From an uncultured Candidatus Saccharibacteria bacterium (GTDB lineage Bacteria > Patescibacteriota > Saccharimonadia > Saccharimonadales > Saccharimonadaceae): DNA of 64,000 nt. How positions within the stretch are numbered: the stretch's first letter is position 1; every line of letters begins with the position of its first letter. Under the pieces are notes generated by a model. The model saw only the letters and a program-made list of their open reading frames with translations. It had not been told where the DNA came from and did no database searches. Position numbers and translations under genes: made by a program. Shown here piece after piece: positions 8,600 to 17,584 of the stretch. The DNA is taken from NCBI GenBank assembly GCA_963527005.1, contig CAURPQ010000003.1, positions 12,486 through 76,485 of the forward strand. Direction: 5' to 3'.

Positions 8600-10309
8600 T
8601 TAGTTAATTATACCACCCAAAGCCCGCCTAGCTAGATCACGGACACGCCTTAGCAGAATTCTACACCTGTCCGTCGCTTGTTCTTTGAAACGCGCCACGC
8701 GCTCGCTACTCTGATTTGTTAAGTGATATTCCTTTATACTATCATCAGGTTTTGTAAAATAATCTTGCTTACGCTGCCAAATATCAATTACCGCGTCAGC
8801 AGCCTCATCGCTTATACTCACCAAATCACCGTATATTTTCCGCAGCTTAAAGAAGAAGTGCGCTGCTTTCTTGCCAGTTCGCGCCACCAAGCGGGCATCC
8901 GGCGTCGAAAACTGCATTTCAAATGGCGCAAATGAGACCCTCCTATCACCTGTCTCATAAAAACCAGTAATCTTTGCATCAGTAAAGTCTCTACCACTGT
9001 CCTTAAAACTAAACATTCCCATATCAATATTCGGAACTCTCTCAAGGACTGCTTTACGAATAGTCTCCTGAAACTCCGGAGATCCTTTAACGACAAAACA
9101 TTCCTTTTCTCGACTGGGTGATGGATACGGACTAATACTCTTACCTTCCAGAGCATTAACTACCGCTTCTACGTACGATTCAGCCAATTGCTTATCATCC
9201 TCGGCAATTACCGTCATGCCATACATATCAATCGGATGAAATTCTCCCTCGTCCTTCAGCGGCTGAGAATGCGGCTCATAGTATCCGATAGCCCTTAGTA
9301 ACTTTCTAAGATACGAGCCTCGTCCTTTGCCGCGGGCTCGCACTTCCAGCTCAGTGCCATTCGACATCCTCACCGTACCCACTTCAAACAACGTACCGTG
9401 CGGCGAACCAGTTTCTACGGCAGACTTTAAATCCGGCTCACCAAGCAACTCAGAGAAAATCCCATTAATATTCTTCCTCGCAAAATCAAACCGCTTGGGG
9501 TCAACCGAATCCTTAGCGCCAAAATGCAGTGATATAACCCTGTCTACTTCGTCCAAAAGCGAATCAATATCATTACTCAAATCGCTACCATCCCTACCAT
9601 CGCCAATATTTCGTCCCGTAATGATGTCAACTTCATCATTCAGCTCAGATTCCAGATTATCAAGGCTAATAATGCTACATATTGGAATCAAAAAGTTTTT
9701 AGCAAATACCGCTTGTTTATAAACCGCCGCATCATGATAAGGAGTAGTCTTTAACTTAGCAAGCGTTACTGCACCGACAATCATTGCTGTTTCCAGCCCG
9801 ACGCCCTGGACGCCTTCGCCTTTCGTGGAAAATGTCTTGATCAAATCATCAATACGCGGCACCGGAATTGGCGGATTGTCTGACCACGGACTCTGAGAAC
9901 TGTCCTTTCCCAAATCATCAGGTATCTTCTGCCCATCCTCCAGCCGCAATGCCCTGCCTTGCAGTGTCGTCTCGTCAATCCCTTCAATATACGATTCAAA
10001 CAAACCTTGTAAGACTTTATAATCCTCCAGAATGCCGACCACCACGTCTCGATGCGCTTCATCAGTTATTGTCTCGTCGTTATCAAGCGCCGACATAATA
10101 TAGTCAATGCGATCGTCCTCTTCAATGTCCGCTGGCATTTCTATGATAAGCTTTGCCGCCAAGCGGCGCGCTGGCGTCATGTGATGACCGCTAAACGTCT
10201 CCGTCAAATTCATCGCAAGTTCTTCAGGATGGAAAAATATCTCACCTCTTCTGGGAGAGTAATCAGTACTTTCGGTCGCCCGTTCCGGTTGTTGCATATC
10301 GATTGCCAT
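8600..10309 (-). CDS. Divergent RelA/SpoT-like nucleotide pyrophosphokinase with acidic N-terminal extension
   Basis: RGKGRGSYLRK, IDMYGMTV and FEMQFST...G..AAHFFFK match Rel synthetase motifs; start set at MAIDMQ, downstream of TTGCAA-N17-TATAAT. Confidence 0.65.
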   Translation of the reverse strand: MAIDMQQPERATESTDYSPRRGEIFFHPEELAMNLTETFSGHHMTPARRLAAKLIIEMPADIEEDDRIDYIMSALDNDETITDEAHRDVVVGILEDYKVLQGLFESYIEGIDETTLQGRALRLEDGQKIPDDLGKDSSQSPWSDNPPIPVPRIDDLIKTFSTKGEGVQGVGLETAMIVGAVTLAKLKTTPYHDAAVYKQAVFAKNFLIPICSIISLDNLESELNDEVDIITGRNIGDGRDGSDLSNDIDSLLDEVDRVISLHFGAKDSVDPKRFDFARKNINGIFSELLGEPDLKSAVETGSPHGTLFEVGTVRMSNGTELEVRARGKGRGSYLRKLLRAIGYYEPHSQPLKDEGEFHPIDMYGMTVIAEDDKQLAESYVEAVVNALEGKSISPYPSPSREKECFVVKGSPEFQETIRKAVLERVPNIDMGMFSFKDSGRDFTDAKITGFYETGDRRVSFAPFEMQFSTPDARLVARTGKKAAHFFFKLRKIYGDLVSISDEAADAVIDIWQRKQDYFTKPDDSIKEYHLTNQSSERVARFKEQATDRCRILLRRVRDLARRALGGIIN

Positions 10310-10384
10310 AACAAACTTGTCTATTATACAACAAAAAATAATGATTTGCAAGCAAATCGCCGTATTTCGAAGTTTTAAAGTATC

Positions 10385-11404
10385 TTAGGCAAAATAAATC
10401 CGCATCAGCTCGCGAGCCACTCTATCGGCGTCGTGCCGGATTAGGCTGCGCTGTGCTGCCAATGGGTCGCTGTCGGAATTTTTATTAACCCAAGCAGTAT
10501 CAGCAATCAAGCGCTTGCCTGAGGCATAATAATGCTTGTTTTTCAACGTCTCCTCATCCCATTCCACCAAATATTCGCCGTCATGTGAATACTTCTCGAT
10601 CAGTTTTTCCGGAGGACGATGATTATTATACAAAACATAATCCATATCAATACCTGAAAACCGCTCAATCTCATCCGCGAAATCCGCCACAGTAAAACCA
10701 TCTGTCTGGCCTGGTTTATTAACTAAATTGCAAACATAGACTTTCTTTGCCCTAGTCTCTGCCAGCGCTCTGGTTACGCCGCGCACCAGCAACGCCGGTG
10801 CCAAACTGCCATACAGCAGCCCCGGCGCAATCACCACCAAATCCGCATCTAAAATCGCCTGGCGCGCCCGCGGGTTAATGCCAGCCGGCGGTTTCAATTC
10901 CAGCCATGGACGCTCGCCGCGCGGAATTTGCAGCGATTCTGCCGCGTGCTGGCCATTGACAGTCGTACCGTCTTTTAGCTTAATCGACATAGTCGTATCA
11001 TCTAAAGTAATCGGAAACACTCGCCCATTTACGCCCAAAACTTCACTCGCCAGCTCCACCGCCTCGGCAAAACTCCCCGTCATCTTTTCCAGCGCTGCCA
11101 TGAACAAATTGCCAAAGGCGTGCCCCTTCATGCTGCCCTCATTAAACCGATAATTAAACAAGTCGCGCACCTTCGGCGAGCTGCTCAGCGCCACCAAACA
11201 TTGCCGGACATCGCCCGCTGGCAGCACGCCCAGCTCATCGCGCAGCTGCCCAGTCGAGCCGCCGTCATCAACCATATTGACCAGCGCCGTAATGCTATGC
11301 GTGTACTTTTTCAAGCCCGACAGCAGCGTAAAACTGCCGGTTCCGCCGCCGATTACTACAATTTTTACCCCAAAATAATCGCTATTTGAAACATTCATTG
11401 TCAT
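10385..11404 (-). CDS. yvcK: YvcK/GlmR (CofD-related) gluconeogenesis factor
   Basis: IVVIGGGTG, DDGGSTG.LR, GDVRQCL; leaderless TGGTATAAT-6nt-ATG. Confidence 0.9.
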   Translation of the reverse strand: MTMNVSNSDYFGVKIVVIGGGTGSFTLLSGLKKYTHSITALVNMVDDGGSTGQLRDELGVLPAGDVRQCLVALSSSPKVRDLFNYRFNEGSMKGHAFGNLFMAALEKMTGSFAEAVELASEVLGVNGRVFPITLDDTTMSIKLKDGTTVNGQHAAESLQIPRGERPWLELKPPAGINPRARQAILDADLVVIAPGLLYGSLAPALLVRGVTRALAETRAKKVYVCNLVNKPGQTDGFTVADFADEIERFSGIDMDYVLYNNHRPPEKLIEKYSHDGEYLVEWDEETLKNKHYYASGKRLIADTAWVNKNSDSDPLAAQRSLIRHDADRVARELMRIYFA

Positions 11405-11430
11405 GCCAGCATTATACCATCCCAACGGAG

Positions 11431-12099
11431 CTAAACCAACGTACCCTTTGGCAGCGGCCACTCCAGATACGGTTGCTGCTGATGTTCAATGGCGTTGATA
11501 ATATGCGTAGCAATTTTAGCGGGATCGTTGAAAAACACGTAATCAGCCGGCAGCTCCCGGCCATTCCAAAACGGCGTCTTCATAGCGCCAGGCAAAAACA
11601 GCGCGACTTTTACTGGCAATTTCTGCTCGTCGGCCTGCATCCCTAAGCTGCGCGCCAAGCCCGCTTGGGCGTGTTTAGTCGCCACGTATACCGCCTCGTC
11701 CGCCCGAGCTTTGACGCTGCTGGTCGAGCCGATAATCGTTAAAACTGACTTCTGATTTTGACGTGCCATCTTTCGCCACGCCCACTGCACCAGCGGCAGC
11801 GCACCGGCAAAGTTCACCTCCGCCATGGAGCGCGCGTCGGGCTGATCCTCAAAATTACCGCGCCAGCCATAGCCTGCCGCCCACACAAATTGTTCAATAG
11901 CATCGCCACCCAGCATCTGCTCAATCCGCGCTGGCGCTGCCTCTACTTGCTCGGGATAATACACATCCAATTGAAAACCCTCGCCGTGTTCCTGGGTGTT
12001 GTGCGTCTTCCCCAGCACCAACACGCGCTTACCATTTTCTCTGAGCTGTCGCGCCATTTCGCGTCCAAGCCCGCTCGTCCCACCAAGAATAATATGCAT
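11431..12099 (-). CDS. Short-chain dehydrogenase/reductase
   Basis: GGTSGLG Rossmann motif; YVATKHA (YxxxK). Confidence 0.9.
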   Translation of the reverse strand: MHIILGGTSGLGREMARQLRENGKRVLVLGKTHNTQEHGEGFQLDVYYPEQVEAAPARIEQMLGGDAIEQFVWAAGYGWRGNFEDQPDARSMAEVNFAGALPLVQWAWRKMARQNQKSVLTIIGSTSSVKARADEAVYVATKHAQAGLARSLGMQADEQKLPVKVALFLPGAMKTPFWNGRELPADYVFFNDPAKIATHIINAIEHQQQPYLEWPLPKGTLV

Positions 12100-12123
12100 A
12101 TAGTTAATTATAGCACGCCAGAC

Positions 12124-12704
12124 TCACGTATCGTAAATTGAACACTTAAAGCCTGAACGAAGTCCGCGAATTTCTTCCGCCGATAATTCCAAAGCCTGCT
12201 CGCTGACTTGCATAAACTCATCCGAGGATATCGCTATAACTGCGGCAACCGCCACAGAGATAACACCGCTAGATATCAGCCTCGTCTCGCCTATCGTTAA
12301 TCTAGATCTTTCCCGCCTTTTTCTAAAACCGGAGAAACACCGATTTCAGTCTCCCTAGTCCATTCTCTATCCCTAGTCCATCCTCTAACTGAAAGAAGCT
12401 CATGAGAAAAATCTTCAGGCGTAGGAATAAGCGTATTTGAATGTATACGAGACACCTTTCGCCCTGTAGCGGCCTCTGCTAACCTCGAATGATAATCGTA
12501 ATCCTTCGTCCCCCCTACAGCAACAGACAAACCTACACATCCGCCTTCCAAATCTAATGAGACAAGACTCACCACGGCCAGCCGCTGCCGGCAATAATCA
12601 TCGTTCGCTTCCCTGTCAGCAATACTATATTCCTCACCTTTAGGAAAAAGAATAACTTTCACTCGCGCGCCGAGATCATCGACAGCAATATCACACTCTC
12701 TCAC
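12124..12704 (-). pseudogene. Frameshifted orphan gene, paralog of 7630-8148
   Basis: ORF 12297-12704 continues in another frame (RKRRERSRLTIGETRLISS...IYDT*) to 12124, matching the paralog's C-terminus. Confidence 0.6.
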
Positions 12705-12738
12705 AATATTTTAATTGTAAAATAATATCATTATCTAG

Positions 12739-13233
12739 TCAAGAGCTGCCCTGGCAATGCTTTTCCAACCGCTCCTGCAGACGCTCGTGAAAATATTTTG
12801 CGTATTTTGCCTGGCTATCGTCAAACAAATCAAGCTCATTCGGATCAATAAACCGCATGTCATCGCCGTCAACGCCAACGGAAAAATCGTAATCCTCCGG
12901 TTGAACCCAGCAAACAACATACACCTGATACGCATCAATTCCCTTCAAATACATCGGATTCGCCACGTCAATCACATCAAAAGTAAAACCGCCGCTATAG
13001 CCAACTTCCTCCTCTAATTCGCGCGCCAACGCTTGCTCAAATGTTTCGCCAAAATCAAGTCCGCCGCCGGGCAAACCCCAATTAAGACCATGTTCTTTAA
13101 CTACCAGCAGCTCGCCGTCATCGTTATAAATCACCGCTTTAATTGACACGCGGAACAAATAGTCCTGCCGCATTACGCCGTCAGGCTGCGTAGTAAAAAT
13201 ATGCCCCTCAGCCAGCTTTTTATCTGTGCTCAT
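12739..13233 (-). CDS. NUDIX hydrolase
   Basis: Nudix box GGGLDFGETFEQALARELEEEVG. Confidence 0.92.
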   Translation of the reverse strand: MSTDKKLAEGHIFTTQPDGVMRQDYLFRVSIKAVIYNDDGELLVVKEHGLNWGLPGGGLDFGETFEQALARELEEEVGYSGGFTFDVIDVANPMYLKGIDAYQVYVVCWVQPEDYDFSVGVDGDDMRFIDPNELDLFDDSQAKYAKYFHERLQERLEKHCQGSS

Positions 13234-13305
13234 TAGCGTATCTTAACACAATAATTTGACAAAAATCAAACGCGTTTCGTCAGGGATTTACCCCGCCGCC
13301 AAAAT

Positions 13306-14043
13306 TTACTGCGCGTATTTTTCAACGAACCGCCGCAATATCTTGACTGGTTCGGTTACCAACTCCGATTCGCGGTACGCCGCATCGATCAGATCTTGAG
13401 CTTCCTCCGGCGCGAAATAGCCGGCATGCTTATAGATATTAATCCGCAGAGCCAAGCCGTCAGCATCAAGCTCAGGATGAAATTGCGCCGCATAAACATT
13501 TTTCCCGGCGCGCAGCAATTGTATACAGGCCGCAGAGCGCGCTAGCACCACGCTGTTCGGCGGCGCCGTATCTGTCCCCTCTTTATGCCCGACGAAGCCG
13601 CGAAAACTAGCCGGCAAGCCAGCCAGCAGCGGATCATCCTGCGCTTCCGGCGTCAAATTTATATCCACCGCGCAAACCGGCTCGCCATGATTGAAGTCCG
13701 TCCGGCCGCCCAGCGCCGTTACCAGCGCCCCCACACCCAAACAAGCGCCTAAAAACGGCTTATCCTCGGCTGCAATCCGGCGAAGCAGCGGCATGATATA
13801 ATCTTCAAACTGCAATTGTTCCGGCGATTTTTCCTCTGGCGGATAAGCAAAATTAGCCGGTCCGCCACCCATAAAAATACCGCTGTAATCATCCAAATTA
13901 ACTGGCGAGAACTCGCCGCGGTCAAGCCGCAAGCGCTGCAACTGCTCCGGCTGCAAACCGCCAAATTTCAAAAAAGCTGCATATTCGTCGTCAGACGCTT
14001 CGTCCTCGGGACGGGATTGTAAAAGAAGAAAAGGTTTTGTCAT
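13306..14043 (-). CDS. Class I glutamine amidotransferase
   Basis: FLGACLG nucleophile elbow; QFHPE. Confidence 0.9.
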   Translation of the reverse strand: MTKPFLLLQSRPEDEASDDEYAAFLKFGGLQPEQLQRLRLDRGEFSPVNLDDYSGIFMGGGPANFAYPPEEKSPEQLQFEDYIMPLLRRIAAEDKPFLGACLGVGALVTALGGRTDFNHGEPVCAVDINLTPEAQDDPLLAGLPASFRGFVGHKEGTDTAPPNSVVLARSAACIQLLRAGKNVYAAQFHPELDADGLALRINIYKHAGYFAPEEAQDLIDAAYRESELVTEPVKILRRFVEKYAQ

Positions 14044-14121
14044 GAATTAAGTGTAACACGCCGGAGACTAATCGGCCAACGTCAGCGAATTACGAATCGC
14101 CGCAATTATCGGATTTTATAT

Positions 14122-14697
14122 CTATATATCACGAACCGGCCGTATCAATTTAAGACTATCTGGTACATACCATTTATTGCCCTGGCTGTCCTGCTCATAT
14201 TTGTAATTAATCGTATGATCGGCCTGAAAATAATCGCCGGTACCGACAATTTTATACTGAATATACATCTTACGGACTGAATCGTTCTCAGGCATCGCGC
14301 CTCGGTACATCCGCAGCTCAAAAATCTCGCCCGGTTTGAGAAATTTATTCAAATCGCCCCGCTGCCCCAGCAGCTCGTATTTGTCTAGCTCAATATCAAA
14401 ACTAGCGAGGTTGTGGATGTACGCCCATATTTCAAGGGATTTATTATCGCTAGACGGCTGCGCTTTAATCCGCTCAACTTCTATTTCAGGAATTATTTTT
14501 TGGCCGCTAGCTAAGTGGTACTGATCAGGCTTCCGCTCACTAGCCACCGGCATTTCATCCGGTTTATTTTCAGCACTGCCATTACTTTCCTGCGGCAAAC
14601 CCGCGCGGCTGCCGTCGCCAATATTTTTAATACTGCTAATACGTGCCAAATACTCGTCGTTTGGTTCGCCAAAAATTAAGTTACGCAGCCAGCCCAT
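14122..14697 (-). CDS. Hypothetical protein
   Basis: ORF starting MGWLRNLIFG, 6 nt after TATACT. Confidence 0.75.
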   Translation of the reverse strand: MGWLRNLIFGEPNDEYLARISSIKNIGDGSRAGLPQESNGSAENKPDEMPVASERKPDQYHLASGQKIIPEIEVERIKAQPSSDNKSLEIWAYIHNLASFDIELDKYELLGQRGDLNKFLKPGEIFELRMYRGAMPENDSVRKMYIQYKIVGTGDYFQADHTINYKYEQDSQGNKWYVPDSLKLIRPVRDI

Positions 14698-14732
14698 GCA
14701 GCCAGTATAACGCATTAGAATAAAACTGCCCA

Positions 14733-14808
14733 TACGCTATATATAGCGCCACCATATATAGCGTAGGCTGGTATGTGGAAAACTCTGGAAAACTTTTTGC
14801 CTACGCTA
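14733..14808. promoter_or_regulatory. NrdR-like palindromes, DnaA-box-like pair and nested inverted repeats
   Basis: ACGCTATATATAGCGC at 14734-14749; CCACCATATATAGCGT at 14749-14764; TGTGGAAAA at 14774-14782 and TCTGGAAAA at 14784-14792. Confidence 0.5.
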
Positions 14809-14831
14809 GACTACTGTTATTTTGCTTATGT

Positions 14832-14869
14832 TTGGCACTCTTGACACGCGAGTGCCAACCAATTACAAT
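14832..14869 (+). promoter_or_regulatory. CIRCE (HrcA operator) overlapping the hsp20 promoter
   Basis: TTGGCACTC-N9-GAGTGCCAA at 14832-14858; the loop holds -35 TTGACA, with -10 TACAAT 17 bp downstream. Confidence 0.9.
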
Positions 14870-14919
14870 AAAATATAGAGCAAAAGCTCGCCAAATCATA
14901 AACGAAAGGAGTAATACAA

Positions 14920-15360
14920 ATGAGTAAACTCGTTCGATTCGACCCGTTTGCCGAAATGGATGCCCTGCAGCGCCATTTCTTTAATGACGACAACTGGATG
15001 CCGCGCCAAGTGCGCTCGGTCGGCTTGCCTACCACTGATGTTTACATGAAAGATAATGCGCTAGTCGTCGAGGTTCACTTGCCGAAATTCGGTGAAGACG
15101 ACGTCAATATTTCTGTCGAAAACGGCAACTTGGTCATCCAAGCCCAACGGCACGAAAAAGAAGAAGACAAAGAAAAGAAGTACGTCGTACGCGAGTCGAG
15201 CAGCAGCTTCTACCGCAGCGTCCAGCTGCCAGAGCGCGCTGACGCCGATGCTATCGAAGCGCACCTGGACGATGGCGTCCTGAAAGTCACCGTGCCAGTC
15301 ACGCCAGCGCCAGAGCCAAAGAAAATTACCGTCAAATCACGCGGCAAGAAAAAAGAGTAG
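14920..15360 (+). CDS. Hsp20/alpha-crystallin small heat shock protein
   Basis: FDPF N-terminus, RE....FYRSVQLP, A.LDDGVLKVTVP, C-terminal ITV; SD AAGGAG. Confidence 0.95.
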   Translation: MSKLVRFDPFAEMDALQRHFFNDDNWMPRQVRSVGLPTTDVYMKDNALVVEVHLPKFGEDDVNISVENGNLVIQAQRHEKEEDKEKKYVVRESSSSFYRSVQLPERADADAIEAHLDDGVLKVTVPVTPAPEPKKITVKSRGKKKE

Positions 15361-15384
15361 GCTTCACCTGCTCCGTTCTGATTT

Positions 15385-15412
15385 AAAAGCCTCGGGAATA
15401 CCGAGGCTTTTT
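15385..15412. terminator. Intrinsic (probably bidirectional) terminator
   Basis: AAAAGCCTCGG-gaata-CCGAGGCTTTTT. Confidence 0.85.
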
Positions 15413-15485
15413 CTACTTGCGGGAATCCACTATGCAAAAATCTCTGGTATGGGGATTCTAAAGAACTACACTCCTGCAATTATCC

Positions 15486-16074
15486 TTAAGAATTTCTAAA
15501 TTTTAAGACATCCGGCGTATCTAATTTTTCAGCCTGGCGAGCCCGCACTTCAGCTGGGTGCGATAAAACTGTTCGTAAAAGCCAAAACTTCTGCTCCAGT
15601 CGCCATTAAAACAGCTCGGGAAGAACAATTCTCTATTCTTTCTCCGGCAGCACTGGCAAATTTTAATATAGCCGGCCGATTGTCTTCGTACAAAACACCA
15701 CCTTGCTCGTCAGCCATATGCTGCAGCTCATGGCGAGCGGTCTTTGCCGCATCCTTATCGCATCTAATTTTAATATAATGCCGTCCGTTTTGGTATTGAT
15801 AATATCCCGAACAACCGCTAGGTAATATTTCGCTGTGCTTTCTTGAGGCAAATACAATCTCGACTCCATCCATTTCTCATTCGTTCAGACCGACAGCAGC
15901 TGCCGTTTCATAAATCGCCTCAATGTCTGCATCGATAACTCCACCAGGCTCTAGAGTCTTCCCAACTGACGTTTCAAACGACACAAGCGGACCGCAACCT
16001 GGCAAATCGCTGCCACAAATACACGGCTGAGGCTCGCGCTCAATACCTTGCCAAACATCACAATTTTTTCGCAC
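15486..16074 (-). pseudogene. Degraded HExxH zinc metallopeptidase-like orphan gene
   Basis: GTG after TTGACG-N17-TATAAT; in-frame TGA at 15877; ARHELQH motif; out-of-frame tail PAEVRAR. Confidence 0.6.
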
Positions 16075-16136
16075 TGATGAATTATATAATGCAGTATAAT
16101 TTACGTCAAGAGATTTTGCTAGCTTTTTTAATATAA

Positions 16137-16328
16137 TCACGAGGCGTTAAATCTTCGGCCGACTCTAGCCATCACAGTATCTGGACGGCGCAGCATTTCA
16201 AAAGTTTTTACGCTGCCATCGGGCATCTTTTGCGGCCATTGATGTACTTCGTAAATCTCACCTCTAAAAACAAGTTTCGCTTCCGGAGGAATCAGACGAG
16301 CACCTCTCGGCAAAACACGTTCGGTCAT
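16137..16328 (-). pseudogene. N-terminal fragment of an ADP-ribose pyrophosphatase-type NUDIX gene
   Basis: VFRGEIYEV.QW.Q..PDGS..TFE.LRRPDTV, then ends before any Nudix box. Confidence 0.6.
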
Positions 16329-16330
16329 CG

Positions 16331-16891
16331 CTATACTCTCAACTTTTTCATCAAAATATCATAACCATCAGTCACCTCATCTTGACGGCTGACGCCTAAT
16401 TCCGCCATAATGCGCCACAGATCGTCGGTTATCGCGGCAGGATCGGCATTCTCGTCAGCTAATCGCTCCAGCTCCATAAAGTCGCCCAAGCCTTCCACCG
16501 AGTCGATACATACTTCCACATCATTCAGTTTGCCAGTCCGGCGAGTCTTTGATACATCCGAAAACGGCACGAAACCTAGCTCCTTAACTATAGCAATCAT
16601 GATATCTGGATCGCCAACTTCCGTTTCGCGTTCAATACTATCCAACTGCCCAGTGACTGATCGTTTTAGGGTGAATAACGTCCGCTTGGTTTCATTTTCG
16701 CCTTGTCCACGCGTCTCGGTACGCACCCGCAGCCAAGGCACTGTGTTGCCGTCGCCGCCAGCTTCTCCTGGCAGACCAAACACTTGATCGCGCTGATGCA
16801 CTGGCTCGCCGAGAGCAACACCCTTACCCGCCAGCACAGCCAATAGCCCTTCTTTATCTTGCAGCCTAACTTTTATCTCAATTTCTCTCAT
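16331..16891 (-). CDS. CYTH domain protein (class IV adenylate cyclase/triphosphate tunnel metalloenzyme)
   Basis: EIEIK (ExExK), LRVR, TLK, K.RR and GLGDFMELE motifs. Confidence 0.9.
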   Translation of the reverse strand: MREIEIKVRLQDKEGLLAVLAGKGVALGEPVHQRDQVFGLPGEAGGDGNTVPWLRVRTETRGQGENETKRTLFTLKRSVTGQLDSIERETEVGDPDIMIAIVKELGFVPFSDVSKTRRTGKLNDVEVCIDSVEGLGDFMELERLADENADPAAITDDLWRIMAELGVSRQDEVTDGYDILMKKLRV

Positions 16892-16909
16892 ATATAAATG
16901 ATATCACGT

Positions 16910-17302
16910 TTAGGACACGCGCATCTGCGAATGACGCTTCAGCCAATCAGCAATCGCATCAATATCAAGCCGATCAGTCGCGACGCGGACGGCGAAATTT
17001 TCTAGTTCAACAGCCGCCGCGGTCATTCTCCAGCCATTTCTCGCCAAAAAGATGCCAGTAATCGTCACCGCTGTGCGCTTATTGCCGTCGGTAAAGATAT
17101 GGTCTGCTATACAATTACGCAAATAAACCGCCGCCTTTTCATGAACTGGCATATATTGCTCCTCGCCAAAAACAACTGTTTGCGGCGCCGCCGCCAGCGA
17201 CTTTAGCCCCAGTTCATCGCGTACGCCATGCGAGCCACCAAAATCCTCAATTATCCAAAAATGCATCTCTAGAATTTCGTCAATCTCCAGATAGCGAATC
17301 AT
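16910..17302 (-). CDS. Fic/Doc family toxin
   Basis: HIFTDGNKRTA Doc motif. Confidence 0.92.
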   Translation of the reverse strand: MIRYLEIDEILEMHFWIIEDFGGSHGVRDELGLKSLAAAPQTVVFGEEQYMPVHEKAAVYLRNCIADHIFTDGNKRTAVTITGIFLARNGWRMTAAAVELENFAVRVATDRLDIDAIADWLKRHSQMRVS

Positions 17303-17526
17303 CGGTCTGCCAAGTTTTTCAGCGTTTCGCCGTACTGCTTTTTGAAATCATCATAATCCTGACGAAGCGACGGCTTATTTGCTTGCTCAATTGGCTTTAC
17401 CTGCTCAACAGTTAATCGCACCTCGTCGCCATCGCGAATCCCCAGCGCCCGCAAATCCCGCGCCGGCAGCGTCACGCCGCGGCTTGAACCAATCTTGATA
17501 ACTTTTTGAATTGTAGTGATTGTCAT
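17299..17526 (-). CDS. AbrB/MazE-family antitoxin
   Basis: KIGSSRGVTLP...LGIRDGDEV; ATGA overlap with the toxin. Confidence 0.9.
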   Translation of the reverse strand: MTITTIQKVIKIGSSRGVTLPARDLRALGIRDGDEVRLTVEQVKPIEQANKPSLRQDYDDFKKQYGETLKNLADR

Positions 17527-17532
17527 ACAAAC

Positions 17533-17561
17533 ATTATAACAAAATTATAATTTTATTGCAA
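17533..17561 (-). promoter_or_regulatory. TA promoter with palindromic operator
   Basis: TTGCAA-N17-TATAAT; perfect palindrome AAAATTATAATTTT at 17541-17554. Confidence 0.7.
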
Positions 17562-17584
17562 TATTAGCGAAACCAAACCAATAT

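Noticed and set aside
14733..14808. Replication origin
   Set aside because: Only two DnaA-like boxes, no dnaA/dnaN nearby, and gene orientation bias does not switch here
15874..15879. In-frame TGA suggesting UGA recoding (code 25) or selenocysteine
   Set aside because: prfB is present, many genes end in TGA, and the same gene has a further frameshift, so a pseudogene is the simpler explanation
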